The notes under the pieces are model-generated. The model was not told the origin of the DNA, did not search any database, and was given only the letters and a program-made list of their open reading frames with translations. From assembly GCA_045047305.1 (NCBI GenBank), contig JASFYO010000010.1, positions 4,680-68,679 of the forward strand: a stretch of DNA of 64,000 bases, given 5' to 3'. Each line of letters starts with the position of its first letter. The stretch's first letter is position 1. The position numbers were made by a program, and so were the translations under genes. Positions 1 through 10,022 of this stretch are shown in pieces. The DNA is from Planctomycetota bacterium (GTDB taxonomy: Bacteria; Planctomycetota; UBA1135).

Positions 1-989
1 TACCAGTTGTCGCGGAAGTAATAGTGACCCGAAAGTTCCCCACCAAACGGTGCATCGTTTTCACGCATTTTGCCCTTCAAGAAACTATGACCAACCCGTT
101 CCTTCTCTGGACGCCCGCCGCCCGCAAGGATGGTTTGCGGAAGCACCCAAGAGCTACGTAAATCGTAGACGATGGCTGCGCCTGGCTCTCCTTTCAGAAC
201 TTCTCGTGCGACTAGTGCAGTCACGATGTCATTGCCAATCGCCCGGCCTGTGTCATCAACAAAGCAACAGCGGTCAGAATCTCCATCAAAGGCAGCGCCT
301 AACTCAGCACCAGTCTCGACCACCAGTTTTTGCAGATCAACTAAAGTACTCAACTTTAGCGGGTTGGCCTCGTGGTTGGGAAAGGTTCCATCCAGTTCGT
401 AATAGAGGCCTTGGTGCTTGATAGAGGGCAGTTTGCCAAGTACAGCAGGAAAAGTATGAGCTGCCATACCATTTGCTGCATCCGACACAATATTCACTTC
501 GCGGGCTAAATCCGCCCACCGTGTCACGTGATTGGCGTAATCATTTAAGGTGTCGACTTCCGTGCGCACGCCGCGTTGCGCAACCGGGGCTGGGGCATCG
601 CCGGTGGTCGCCATGACCTCGATTTCTTTGATGCCGTTATCCGCACTAATCGGCTTAGCGTCTTCCATGCACAACTTGAATCCGATGTACTCCTTGGAGT
701 TATGGCTCGCCGTGACATTCATGCCACCTGCGGCACCAAGGTGTCCGATGGCGAAATAAGCTTGCGGTGTACTGCTAAGACCAATGTCAATCACATCGAG
801 GCCTCCGTCCATGATGCCTTCCATGACTTCATGATGGATTTCCGGTGCCATGGTGCGCATATCGCGTCCAATCACCAATGGACCTTCGCCTAAAAAATCG
901 GCAAAGGCGCGGCCAATGCGACGTGCGAGGCTGGCGTCGATTTGATCGGGGTAAGTTCCCCGGATGTCGTAGGCTTTAAAGACAGACAT
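1..989 (-). CDS. manB: Phosphomannomutase/phosphoglucomutase (3' end runs off the window; not in the ORF track)
   Basis: Manual translation from the ATG at 989 gives MSVFKAYDIRGTYPDQ...GRDMR, phosphoserine motif VTASHN, metal loop FDGDSDR and sugar-binding GGELSGHYYF. Confidence 0.93.
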   Translation of the reverse strand, partial: MSVFKAYDIRGTYPDQIDASLARRIGRAFADFLGEGPLVIGRDMRTMAPEIHHEVMEGIMDGGLDVIDIGLSSTPQAYFAIGHLGAAGGMNVTASHNSKEYIGFKLCMEDAKPISADNGIKEIEVMATTGDAPAPVAQRGVRTEVDTLNDYANHVTRWADLAREVNIVSDAANGMAAHTFPAVLGKLPSIKHQGLYYELDGTFPNHEANPLKLSTLVDLQKLVVETGAELGAAFDGDSDRCCFVDDTGRAIGNDIVTALVAREVLKGEPGAAIVYDLRSSWVLPQTILAGGGRPEKERVGHSFLKGKMRENDAPFGGELSGHYYFRDNW

Positions 990-991
990 GA

Positions 992-2032
992 TTATTTACT
1001 AAGCACCTTCTGCAGTGCGGATGCTGCGCGATCAACGCAGGCATCGGTGATGTGACGATGAGTGACGAAGCGCAACAGGCGATCGCCTAAGGCGAGGGCC
1101 AACACACCTTCATCGGCGAGCGCAGGCTCCAACATCGGGGCATCGAGGTCCAAATGGGTGACCTCGAGGAAAAGAATGTTGGTGTCGATAGTGGACTGAG
1201 CTAGGCGCACCCCTTCAATGGCCAGAGTAAGGCCACCTAGGCGTCGGCATCGCGAGTTATCTTCCGACAGAAGAGGTGCAGTCTCCTCTAAGGCAACGAG
1301 ACCGCAAGCAGCTAAATAACCAGCCTGGCGCATGCCGCCTCCCATCCATTTGCGCACATGACGAGCGCGTTCGATGAAGCTGCCACTTCCCATCAATAAA
1401 GACCCGACTGGACAACTGAGTCCTTTGGAAAGAGCAATGAACACCGAATCGCAAGTACGACCATAGGCTTCGAAGTCTACTCCGGTTTCCGCCTGTGCAT
1501 TAAACAAACGGGCCCCATCCATGTGCACTGGAATGCCATGATGCTGCGCCAAACTGTAAACCTCTTCGAGGTAATCAATCGGCACAATCGTTCCGCCAGA
1601 GAACAAGTGGGTTTCCTCCACGCAGACCAAACCGGTACGCGGCATGTGTTCGTTCACTGGGCGGATCGCCCGCGCAAGTTGGCCAAAGTTGTACTGACCA
1701 TTTTCGGTTGGCAAAGTACGAACATGAGCTCCGGCAATGCGACTTAATCCCCCACCTTCAAACTGAAAGATGTGCGAATCTTGGTCTACGATGACTTCTT
1801 CACCCGGCACGATGTGGGCTGCCGCTGCGCATTGATTCGCCATAGTTCCAGAAGGCATGAACAGTGCTGCCTCCTTGCCGAACAAACTGGCCATGCGAGT
1901 TTCAAGCTTGCGCACAGTTGGATCATCGCCGAGGACATCGTCCCCCACGCGAGCCGACGCCATGGCATCCAGCATCTTCGCGGTTGGTTTCGTGACTGTA
2001 TCGGAGCGGAAGTCAGCCGGAGCTCGTTCCAT
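992..2032 (-). CDS. ltaE: Low-specificity L-threonine aldolase
   Basis: DFRSDTVTKPT, GDDVLGDDPTV, PSGTMANQ, HMDGARLFNA, LSKGLSCPVGS (PLP lysine), GGGMRQAG. Confidence 0.93.
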   Translation of the reverse strand: MERAPADFRSDTVTKPTAKMLDAMASARVGDDVLGDDPTVRKLETRMASLFGKEAALFMPSGTMANQCAAAAHIVPGEEVIVDQDSHIFQFEGGGLSRIAGAHVRTLPTENGQYNFGQLARAIRPVNEHMPRTGLVCVEETHLFSGGTIVPIDYLEEVYSLAQHHGIPVHMDGARLFNAQAETGVDFEAYGRTCDSVFIALSKGLSCPVGSLLMGSGSFIERARHVRKWMGGGMRQAGYLAACGLVALEETAPLLSEDNSRCRRLGGLTLAIEGVRLAQSTIDTNILFLEVTHLDLDAPMLEPALADEGVLALALGDRLLRFVTHRHITDACVDRAASALQKVLSK

Positions 2033-3222
2033 TACAGGCTCTCCACCACTTTGCGCACGCGGCGCATACCTTCCTCGATATTCTCAATCGAGTTGGCATA
2101 GCTAAAGCGGATGTAACCCTCTCCTTCAGCACCAAAGGAGGTGCCGGCCAAACAGGAAACGCCACCCTCGTAGAGAATCTTGTCTTGCAGTTCTGCGGAA
2201 GTTACGCCCAGTTCCTTGATGTTAGGGAACACGTAAAAAGCACCAACCGGCAAGTGGCAGGACATGCCTGGAATCTCGTTTACCAATTCAGTAATGCGTT
2301 TGCGACGGCCATCGAACTTCACCAACATCTCGTCGACGGCAGATTGATCACCGGTCAAAGCTTCCATGCCTGCGCGCTGCGAAAAGCTTGCAGTACACGA
2401 GTTCGAGTTCACCATGAGTTTAGTAAACATGGCGGCAAGGTCAGGACGCATGACACCGAAGCCCATGCGCCATCCAGTCATGGCATAAGTTTTCGACCAA
2501 CCATCTAAGAGGATGATGCGATCGCGGATGTCTGGATCGACCATCGGGCTGAAGTGCTCATGTCCATCGTAGAGCATACGGCTGTAAATCTCGTCGGAGA
2601 GAATCCAGATGTCGGGACGATCCTTGAGCGCTGCAATCACCTTTTCCAAAGACTCTTTAGGAGTCACCCCACCAGTCGGGTTGGCGGGTGAATTCAGAAT
2701 CACCATTTTGGTTTTAGGGGTGAGACGCGAAATCACATCTTCTGGATCCAAAGCAAAGGCGTTGACCTCGCGGATGGGACATGCGACCGCTTTGCCACCG
2801 GTAAAGTTGATCATCGATTCGTAAATCGGGAACCCAGGGTTTGGGTAGATCACTTCATCGCCGCGTTCAATCAAAGCCAACATGGCATAGAACATGGTCG
2901 GCTTACCGCCGGGAACAATGGTGACTTCATCGGCGTTGACCGAAATCCCCCGAGTGCGGGAAACATAATCGGCGACCACTTCGCGTGCCTCTGGCTGCCC
3001 ATTTGCTGGCCCATAATGAGTCCATCCATTGCGCATGGCATCGACCCCAGCCTCGATGATGTTTTTCGGGGTATCGAAATCCGGCTCCCCGATCTCGAGG
3101 TGGATGATGTCCTGGCCCTTGGCTTCAAGCGCTTTGGCTTTAGCAAGGACCTCGAAAGCCGTCTCAGTGCCGAGACGGGCCATTCTGGACGCGAGTTTTA
3201 GTTCTGGAAGGGTGCTTGGCAT
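2032..3222 (-). CDS. PLP-dependent aminotransferase class I/II (aspartate aminotransferase-like)
   Basis: IGEPDFDTP, NSPANPTG, SDEIY, WSKTYAMTGWRMG, GAFYVFP, YIRFSYA; start taken at MPSTLP (the ORF track extends to 3234). Confidence 0.92.
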   Translation of the reverse strand: MPSTLPELKLASRMARLGTETAFEVLAKAKALEAKGQDIIHLEIGEPDFDTPKNIIEAGVDAMRNGWTHYGPANGQPEAREVVADYVSRTRGISVNADEVTIVPGGKPTMFYAMLALIERGDEVIYPNPGFPIYESMINFTGGKAVACPIREVNAFALDPEDVISRLTPKTKMVILNSPANPTGGVTPKESLEKVIAALKDRPDIWILSDEIYSRMLYDGHEHFSPMVDPDIRDRIILLDGWSKTYAMTGWRMGFGVMRPDLAAMFTKLMVNSNSCTASFSQRAGMEALTGDQSAVDEMLVKFDGRRKRITELVNEIPGMSCHLPVGAFYVFPNIKELGVTSAELQDKILYEGGVSCLAGTSFGAEGEGYIRFSYANSIENIEEGMRRVRKVVESL

Positions 3223-3361
3223 CGGGATGAGCAAGGGTTTGGTGTGCCCATTCTAGGGAAGCATGGCAGGGTATCCAGCGCTGAAATCAGCGTTCCCACA
3301 TGGGAACAAGCTTGGCGGCTCGACAACCTCCAGGCACGGCACGGGGCTTGCTACATTCCGC

Positions 3362-4372
3362 ATGATGCTGCGCCTGAGCCCCGCCCTCCTTCTACCCCTT
3401 TTCTTCGCCGCCTGCAGTGGCGAAACGCCGGACCTTGTGGTCTATTGCGCTCTGGATCAGGACCTGTCTGAACCCCTGATTCAAGATTTCGAACAACGTA
3501 CGGGTTTGCACGTGCAGACTCAATTCGATGTAGAACGCAACAAGACCGTGGGCTTGGTAAGCCGCATTCTGCACGAAGCGGAAGGCAATCCTCATGCCGA
3601 CGTCTTTTGGAACAATGAAATCGCGCATACGCTGCGGCTGCAGCAAGCTGGATTGACCTTGCCTTATCGAAGCCCTTCGGCGGAAGGCATTCCTGACCAA
3701 TTCCGTGATGCCGATGGCCACTGGACCGGCTTTGCAGCTCGGGCACGGGTGATTCTGTATCGCACCGATGCTGATCTGCCGGTCCCATCGAAGCTGGATG
3801 ACTTTCTGGATCCAAAGTATGCCATGCATGGCGCGATGGCTGTTCCATTAACCGGCACGACACTCACCAATGCTACGGTGATGGCCGAATTACGTGGACG
3901 CCAAGCCATGTTGGACTGGTTCACCGCAGTCGAAGCTGCGGGTCTACATTTTGGTTCCGGCAACGCCGACGTCATGCGTCGTACTCAATCCGGCGATTTC
4001 CACTGGTGCTTTACCGATACCGATGATGCCGCCAAAGCCATCGACTCCGGCTATCCAGTCGCAGTGCGCTATCTGGAACAAGGGGATGGCGATACCGGCG
4101 TTTTGCTCATTCCAAATACCTTGTGCATCCTGGATAGCGGAAAAAACCTCGATGCCGCAAAGAAGTTCGCGGATTTCATTCTTAGCTTTGAAACCGAGGC
4201 ACGTTTAGCCCACAGCATCTCGCGGCAAATTCCATTACATGAGGGCGCACTGATCCCCGATGGCGTCGGCCACCCAGGGAAAGATTTTAAAACTATGCAA
4301 GTGGATTGGGAAAAGGTTGCAGCAGCAATCGGAGATTTAGCTAAAGACCTACAGGAGGCCTTCGTCCGTTGA
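3362..4372 (+). CDS. ABC transporter substrate-binding lipoprotein, Fe3+ (FbpA/FutA-like) family
   Basis: Lipobox FFAAC; LVVYCALDQ, ADVFWNNE, WTGFAARARVI, TDTDDA; followed by permease and ATPase; start chosen at ATG 3362. Confidence 0.82.
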   Translation: MMLRLSPALLLPLFFAACSGETPDLVVYCALDQDLSEPLIQDFEQRTGLHVQTQFDVERNKTVGLVSRILHEAEGNPHADVFWNNEIAHTLRLQQAGLTLPYRSPSAEGIPDQFRDADGHWTGFAARARVILYRTDADLPVPSKLDDFLDPKYAMHGAMAVPLTGTTLTNATVMAELRGRQAMLDWFTAVEAAGLHFGSGNADVMRRTQSGDFHWCFTDTDDAAKAIDSGYPVAVRYLEQGDGDTGVLLIPNTLCILDSGKNLDAAKKFADFILSFETEARLAHSISRQIPLHEGALIPDGVGHPGKDFKTMQVDWEKVAAAIGDLAKDLQEAFVR

Positions 4373-5934
4373 GCGCTGGGTTGCAAATTCGAAGCCCGCG
4401 TCCCTTTTGGGGATTGGCTCTGCTCGCAAGCTTGCTAGCAGCATGGATTCCTTTAGCTCCGATCTTGGCACCGTTAGTGCGCCTGGACCGCTTAGCCACC
4501 ATGCTCGACGGTCGCACCGCCATTTTGCTATGGCGTTCGATTTGGATGTCCTCGGCTGCAGGCCTATGCGCCTTTCTCCTCGGCTGGCCGTATGCCCTTA
4601 TGGCCTTCCGCCTGCGCTTTCCCGGCAGCCGGGTCTTCCAACTCCTGATGCCCTTGCCACTCTTGCTACCACCACTCATGGTAGCCCAAGCATGGTTTGG
4701 CTTGAGCGGAATGACCGGCGCCTGGGCTTCGGTATTTACCTTTGGTGTTTGCTACGCACCACTACCAGCGTTACTTGCTTCTCGCAGCCTGGCCAATCAA
4801 TCCTACACTTCTCACGAGGCAGCTCTGCTCATTGGGCCACGCTTCGCCATTGGAGAGATGTTGCGCATTTCATTCCTTCCGGCTTTGATTGGCGCTTGTT
4901 TTGCATTCCTCTTTGCCGCTTCCGATTTCGCCGTCCCCGACTACTTCGCCACGGTTGGCGATTTATTCCACGTTTACGCTGCCGAGATTTTCGGCAACTC
5001 GCGCAATGACGATTACACCGCTGGCGCAACCGCAAGCCTGCCCCTGGTTCTGCTTGGTTTCCTTGTGCTATTGGGCACAGCACATTTGCAGCGTAGGCAA
5101 ATGAATTATGAAACCTCGCACGGTAGAACGCCTCGGCGTCTGCAACTCGCAAATGGCCGCTTCTTGAGTTTCGGTCTATGCCTTGGTTTGCTGAGCATCT
5201 TGCTCCTTGCCCCCCTCGCACGCATTGTTTATGAAACGGGCATGCAAGGCCCACTGAGCGAGCGAACCTGGTCAGAAGTCAGTAGCCAGGCATTCAGCGA
5301 TGCCGTCACCCGCGGCCGTGGCGATGTCCTGCGCACACTTAGCTACTCCGGCCTTGCAGGCCTCATCTGCTTAGGCCTCGCGCCACTATGGGCACACCTC
5401 TTGCTGAAAGCCCGTTCGGGATGGCGTTTTCTGTGGACGGTATTTTTGACCTTGCCGCTGCTAGTGCCTTCGGTGGCATTAGGCTTTGGCAGTATCTTAA
5501 TGTTCAACCAACCTTGGCTCGAAAATTTTTACAATAGCATTTGGCTACCTGCACTCCTCGTCGCTGGACGCTTCCTTCCAATTGCAGTCTGGATCCTAGT
5601 GGAACGCATGGGACGCATCCCCGAAGCCCAAGAAGATGCCGCCGCGCTGGCCGGATGCAGTTACCTCACGCGCCTCTTCCGTTATCGCCTCGGCCCTATT
5701 CGTAGCGCATGGTGGTTGGCTGCTGGATTGGTGGTCGCATTTGGTGTACGCGAACTTGACTTCGCAATTCTGCTTCCTGCAGCCAACCAATCCGCTGCGG
5801 TGCGGTATTACAACGCTCTCCACTTCTCACGTGACAACTTTGTCGCCGCCTATGGATTGGTGCTCGCCATCATCCTGTTTCTGCCGGTCATGCTGTTTGC
5901 ATGGTGGCGCAACCTTCGATCCCCGCAGGTATGA
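4369..5934 (+). CDS. ABC transporter permease, FbpB-like (two fused membrane modules)
   Basis: Many TM helices, two EAA-type loops (HEAALL, EDAAALAG); 4-nt overlaps with both neighbours. Confidence 0.85.
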   Translation: MSAGLQIRSPRPFWGLALLASLLAAWIPLAPILAPLVRLDRLATMLDGRTAILLWRSIWMSSAAGLCAFLLGWPYALMAFRLRFPGSRVFQLLMPLPLLLPPLMVAQAWFGLSGMTGAWASVFTFGVCYAPLPALLASRSLANQSYTSHEAALLIGPRFAIGEMLRISFLPALIGACFAFLFAASDFAVPDYFATVGDLFHVYAAEIFGNSRNDDYTAGATASLPLVLLGFLVLLGTAHLQRRQMNYETSHGRTPRRLQLANGRFLSFGLCLGLLSILLLAPLARIVYETGMQGPLSERTWSEVSSQAFSDAVTRGRGDVLRTLSYSGLAGLICLGLAPLWAHLLLKARSGWRFLWTVFLTLPLLVPSVALGFGSILMFNQPWLENFYNSIWLPALLVAGRFLPIAVWILVERMGRIPEAQEDAAALAGCSYLTRLFRYRLGPIRSAWWLAAGLVVAFGVRELDFAILLPAANQSAAVRYYNALHFSRDNFVAAYGLVLAIILFLPVMLFAWWRNLRSPQV

Positions 5935-6593
5935 GTACTCCTTTGCTCGACGTTCAATCTGTGCATAAATCCTTTGCTAGCCAAAGCATTCTGGCTGAGC
6001 TCTCATTGCAATTAGATGCGGGCCAACGCATGTCCATTCAAGGCCCTTCCGGCTGCGGAAAATCCACCTTATTGCGCATCTTAGCTGGCTTAGAAAACGC
6101 TGACCATGGCCGCATTTTCCTGCATGACCAAGAAGCCAACCGCGATAAAAAAATCTTGCTGCAGCCGTGGCAACGTGGGATTCAAATGGTGTTTCAAGAC
6201 CTTGGCCTATGGCCAACCCGTAGCGTACTACAACACCTCGTGGATGTGCGTAAAGCAAGTGGACTTCCGCTACCCAAAGCCGTAGGTGAAAAGATCCTCG
6301 CACAACTCGGACTCATCGAATTCAAAAACCGTCGGCCAGGAAAATTGTCTGGCGGAGAAGCCCGACGCCTTGCATTCGCACGGGTTATGGCTCTTGAGCC
6401 CAAACTTATCTTGCTAGACGAGGCCTTCTCCAGTCTCGACCCAGACAACCGTGAACAAGGATTCGAAGTCTTGGAACAAGTTCTGAGTGCAACTGGCGCC
6501 GCCGTCATCCTGGTGACTCATGACCCCGCCGAAGCCAAACGACTAGGCGGAAAGGCCTACCGCATGATGGAGGGCAAACTCCAATGCGTGTAA
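5931..6593 (+). CDS. ABC transporter ATP-binding protein (no C-terminal TOBE domain)
   Basis: Walker A GPSGCGKS, Q-loop MVFQD, signature LSGGE, Walker B ILLDE, VTHD; ATGA overlap with the permease stop. Confidence 0.9.
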   Translation: MSTPLLDVQSVHKSFASQSILAELSLQLDAGQRMSIQGPSGCGKSTLLRILAGLENADHGRIFLHDQEANRDKKILLQPWQRGIQMVFQDLGLWPTRSVLQHLVDVRKASGLPLPKAVGEKILAQLGLIEFKNRRPGKLSGGEARRLAFARVMALEPKLILLDEAFSSLDPDNREQGFEVLEQVLSATGAAVILVTHDPAEAKRLGGKAYRMMEGKLQCV

Positions 6594-7558
6594 GCACCGT
6601 CCTCAGTTTCCTTTTTGTTGCAGCAGGCTTGGTCGTGCTGGTCAAGCTTCTTACCCCACCGGCAAGCGATGAACCATTACGCTTACTTTCCTCTGGACAA
6701 TGCTTGGAATGCCACGCCGACGTCGGCAAAGAATGGCAGGCTTCGCACCACAAATTTGCCTACGAAAATCCTGAGGTGCGCAAGCTATCCAATAATTTTG
6801 CCAACCAAGAATGCATTGCATGCCACGCACCACGCCCGGTTTTAAACTTCGAACCTGGTGAACGCGTACTCGCACGCCAAAGCGACCGCGGCCTGGGAGT
6901 TGATTGCCTGGCCTGTCATGCGCATCCTGACGGAGGGGTGGGAACGAGCAATTTGGCGGCAAAACTAGACGCCCCTTGTCGCCCCAAGATTGTGCCACGC
7001 ATGGCGTCGGTGGAGCACTGTGCTGCTTGTCACAATCAACATAAGACGGTGGAACAATGGCGCGGCGCACCGGAAAATCTCAAGGGCGACAACTGCCTTG
7101 ATTGTCACATGCCTGAAACTTGGCGTGAAGGTGGGCGTAAGGGGCGTAATCACAGTTTTCCTGCGAGTCATGACTTGCCAAGCTTGCAATCAGCAGTATC
7201 GATGCAAGCTGGCTGGGATACAGATGGTCCATGGGTGAGGGTCACCAATAATGGTGCCGGCCATAACTTCCCCACCGATGAGCGGTCGCGTGCAGCGGAC
7301 CTTCAAGTGCGCTGGAAAAACGCACAAGGAGAATGGGGCGTGTGGAAACACGTCTATCGCTTCCGGGACCCCTATCGCGACGAAACCGATCTCACCAATA
7401 CCCAAATTCCGTCGGGAGGAACCCAGCGCTTTGCCTTGTCGCAAGAAGCGGATGCAAGAGAGGGCCAAGTGCGTTTGCTTTATCGCACCAACCCCTATTT
7501 GCCGGATACCGAATCGGTACAACTTCATTCCCTCACAATAATCAGGGACACGCAATGA
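6584..7558 (+). CDS. Membrane-anchored or exported pentaheme c-type cytochrome
   Basis: N-terminal hydrophobic helix; five CxxCH motifs (CLECH, CIACH, CLACH, CAACH, CLDCH); C-terminal VTNNGAGHNFPT beta-domain typical of multiheme cytochromes. Confidence 0.88.
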   Translation: MRVSTVLSFLFVAAGLVVLVKLLTPPASDEPLRLLSSGQCLECHADVGKEWQASHHKFAYENPEVRKLSNNFANQECIACHAPRPVLNFEPGERVLARQSDRGLGVDCLACHAHPDGGVGTSNLAAKLDAPCRPKIVPRMASVEHCAACHNQHKTVEQWRGAPENLKGDNCLDCHMPETWREGGRKGRNHSFPASHDLPSLQSAVSMQAGWDTDGPWVRVTNNGAGHNFPTDERSRAADLQVRWKNAQGEWGVWKHVYRFRDPYRDETDLTNTQIPSGGTQRFALSQEADAREGQVRLLYRTNPYLPDTESVQLHSLTIIRDTQ

Positions 7559-8823
7559 TCCGAATGGGTATTGCAAGCTTTATCCTGCTTGGCATGGGCA
7601 CGGCATGCACGAAATCAGAAGTGGCCTTAAATTCCGAAACCGCGGCACCGGGATGGACACCTGTGGTGCAAAATCATTTGGACTCCTTCGCCGAGGACGC
7701 CCTGCCGCAATCAACTGCGGAGGAACAGGCAGAGGTTTTAGATCTTCTTGACTTATCACTTAGCAGCGACAAAGGACACCACCAAGCCAATCACGTACTC
7801 AACGCCGAGAAACCGGATAGGGTGACGTCAATTATGCTTGCTCTCGTAGAAGGGCGTGAGGCCAATACCGAGATCAAGGCTGAGGCTTACAAATGGTTAA
7901 GCAAGCATGGGGTCGAAGCCATGGTTCCACGCTTAACTTTACGATTTAAATATGAAAAGGATTGGGCGGCAAATGTGGATATGACTACCGGCCTTTTGCG
8001 CTTCGGCTGCGGTGCTGGCCTAGCCGCACTGATCACCATCCTTCAAACTGAAGAGGGTGTCAATGACTTGGACCATGCACGTTGGTCTGCGATTGCGGCA
8101 CTGCGCAACTTGCCTCCAGCACCAGGCTGGGTTCCAGGCGAAAATTTCGATAGTGATTGGCAACGTTTACTGACTGTAGAACGAGAATGGCGGTCGAGCC
8201 ATGTACTTTCTGGTTTCGAAGACTCTCCAGCCCCCTCCCGTGGTTATCGGGCTGAAATTTGGAAAACTTTGGCGAAGTTTCGCTCGCAACCATTACGGCC
8301 AGTGGATGACGCCCGCTTCGTTTTGATGCGCCAAGCCACTTGGGCCTTCCCCGCTATCGTTGAAACCACTTACGACGAAAATGGGTATGTTCGCGAGCAC
8401 GCCCTGCAAACCCTTGCCTGGACGGGCTCACCTATCGGTGTTTGGGCAACCCGCACCGACTTTGATTTAGCCGGCCAACTTGCACCACTTCTAGGCGACG
8501 GACGCTTACGCGGACGGGTCCTGGAGGCCATGGGGGCTAGTGGCCTGAGTGTCATGCAAAATGCCATCCTTCCGTGGTTACGCGAAGGAAATAGAGAAGA
8601 GAGTACTGCAGCAGCCGATGCCCTTTTACGTTGCGCCAACCGCGACATCCTGCGCCCGATTGAATCCTTGTTGGCCAGCAGTCCGACGCTCAGCCCAGAG
8701 GGACATTATGCGTTGGAATGCCTGCGCCATGCCTTAGATCAAGAATATGTCAAGCAAACACCAGTTGGCGTCGATCCGAGTGAAATTTCAAGACGAAATC
8801 GCTGGGCTTCCGAGCGCCAATAG
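7555..8823 (+). CDS. Lipoprotein with HEAT/armadillo-like helical repeats
   Basis: ATGA overlap with the cytochrome stop; lipobox GMGTAC; HEAT-like segments (ENGYVREHALQTLAW, LRGRVLEAMGASG). Confidence 0.65.
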   Translation: MIRMGIASFILLGMGTACTKSEVALNSETAAPGWTPVVQNHLDSFAEDALPQSTAEEQAEVLDLLDLSLSSDKGHHQANHVLNAEKPDRVTSIMLALVEGREANTEIKAEAYKWLSKHGVEAMVPRLTLRFKYEKDWAANVDMTTGLLRFGCGAGLAALITILQTEEGVNDLDHARWSAIAALRNLPPAPGWVPGENFDSDWQRLLTVEREWRSSHVLSGFEDSPAPSRGYRAEIWKTLAKFRSQPLRPVDDARFVLMRQATWAFPAIVETTYDENGYVREHALQTLAWTGSPIGVWATRTDFDLAGQLAPLLGDGRLRGRVLEAMGASGLSVMQNAILPWLREGNREESTAAADALLRCANRDILRPIESLLASSPTLSPEGHYALECLRHALDQEYVKQTPVGVDPSEISRRNRWASERQ

Positions 8824-8825
8824 AT

Positions 8826-9647
8826 CTATCCAGTGGCGCCGGGCAAGGTAGAAAACCAAGCCAGAATCAACAGACAGACAGCCACTGCAATTGCCACGTG
8901 AACATTACGCATAGTTGCATGCTGCAAGGTTGAGTGCATCTTGCGATCCCATGCCGTGGACCCATGATCTACATATTCCTTAAAGGCCAACCCCTGAAAT
9001 AGCAGGTTCATCGGGAATAGACCAAGGCACATACCCTGCACCATAACCATCACAGCTCGACGAAAGGCTTCACCATAGGTTAGTAATCGGTTTTCCTCAT
9101 GCACCACCCGAATGCGGAAAATCCACTTGCCGGGGGTCATCCCCCATTTTGAGAGTGCATAAGACTCAAAAATAGCGAGTACACCGAAAGTGACCAGAGC
9201 ACTGAAAAGAAGATTCGCTATGGTTACCTCAGAGGCGCTTTCTACTGGAACCAGCAAGCTCAACAAAATCATCACTAGGTGGTAATCAATGAGCCGTGCG
9301 AGGAAACGGTTCCAGGCCAAACGCATACGCGCTGACTGGGCCGGAGTCCGGCTCCCCGAACCGCCACTTATGGTCTCGGCGGCGCTAGCGAAAGGATTAG
9401 AGCGCACACTTGCACTCGCGGTCGAAGGTGCAGCCTTTGGCTGTACAACTGGAACTGGTTCTGGGGACGGGGGCGCGGGGCGGTAAAGCGCTGGCACCTT
9501 CTCTGCAGAAGCCCAATCCGACATGCCCTTAGACCAGACCTTTATGTCTACCGGGAGGTTCCCACCCAGCAACATGCTGCGCAACTCATCCTCGGCGATA
9601 GGCCCCTTCTGTTGGTCCCCGAGCGCGTAATACCATTCCGCGCTCAT
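8826..9647 (-). CDS. GYF_2 (DUF4339) plus RDD family membrane protein
   Basis: N-terminal WYY...QQKGP...VWSKGMSDW; Pro-rich linker; RDD motifs RFLARLID, TPGKWIFRIRV and WD. Confidence 0.85.
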   Translation of the reverse strand: MSAEWYYALGDQQKGPIAEDELRSMLLGGNLPVDIKVWSKGMSDWASAEKVPALYRPAPPSPEPVPVVQPKAAPSTASASVRSNPFASAAETISGGSGSRTPAQSARMRLAWNRFLARLIDYHLVMILLSLLVPVESASEVTIANLLFSALVTFGVLAIFESYALSKWGMTPGKWIFRIRVVHEENRLLTYGEAFRRAVMVMVQGMCLGLFPMNLLFQGLAFKEYVDHGSTAWDRKMHSTLQHATMRNVHVAIAVAVCLLILAWFSTLPGATG

Positions 9648-9994
9648 GACTTGGTCGCCTCGTCATACATAGGTTCACAATAGCCAACCACTAGGGTGCG
9701 GCCGAGACGCAACGTTGGGGCGCGTAAATTTCCAGTGGGTCCTAACATGGTCTTCCTTGCTTGCTCCGATACCTTTAGGTCCGAGCTAAGGTATTTTACA
9801 TACTTTTTACCGCGCCCGATGAACACTTGATCCACCTTGTCTAGAAGAGCACGGGCGGCGCTTGCCCCTTGAGGCTCTTTGCGCGCGTCGACCATCTGAG
9901 AGGCCTCGAAACCGTGTTTCTGCAGATAACTATCCGCATGGGTGCACGACGTTCAGCTCTTCCGATGCAGGTACCAATCAAGAGTCAAAGCCAT
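9644..9994 (-). CDS. ArsC/Spx-like thioredoxin-fold selenoprotein (UxxC), 116 aa with Sec at codon 14
   Basis: ATG 9994 reads MALTLDWYLHRKS-TGA-TSC..., in frame with the 83-aa ORF-track fragment ending MLGPTGNLRAPTLRLGRTLVVGY; SECIS-like hairpin downstream of the TGA. Confidence 0.85.
9921..9938 (-). promoter_or_regulatory. Putative bacterial SECIS element
   Basis: mRNA UGCGGAU-AGUU-AUCUGCA forms a 7-bp stem with a G-containing tetraloop starting 22 nt after the UGA at 9955-9953. Confidence 0.75.
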
Positions 9995-10022
9995 GAGGCC
10001 ATTGTACCCGCAAGTCCACCCT

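Noticed and set aside
50..893. Short plus-strand ORFs at the window start
   Set aside because: They are antisense shadows of the phosphomannomutase gene, which the ORF track missed because it runs off the edge
7333..7554. Long N-terminal extension of the HEAT lipoprotein
   Set aside because: It overlaps the cytochrome gene; ATG 7555 gives a proper lipoprotein signal and an ATGA junction
9644..9895. 83-aa ORF as a complete gene
   Set aside because: It is the C-terminal part of the UGA-containing selenoprotein that starts at 9994
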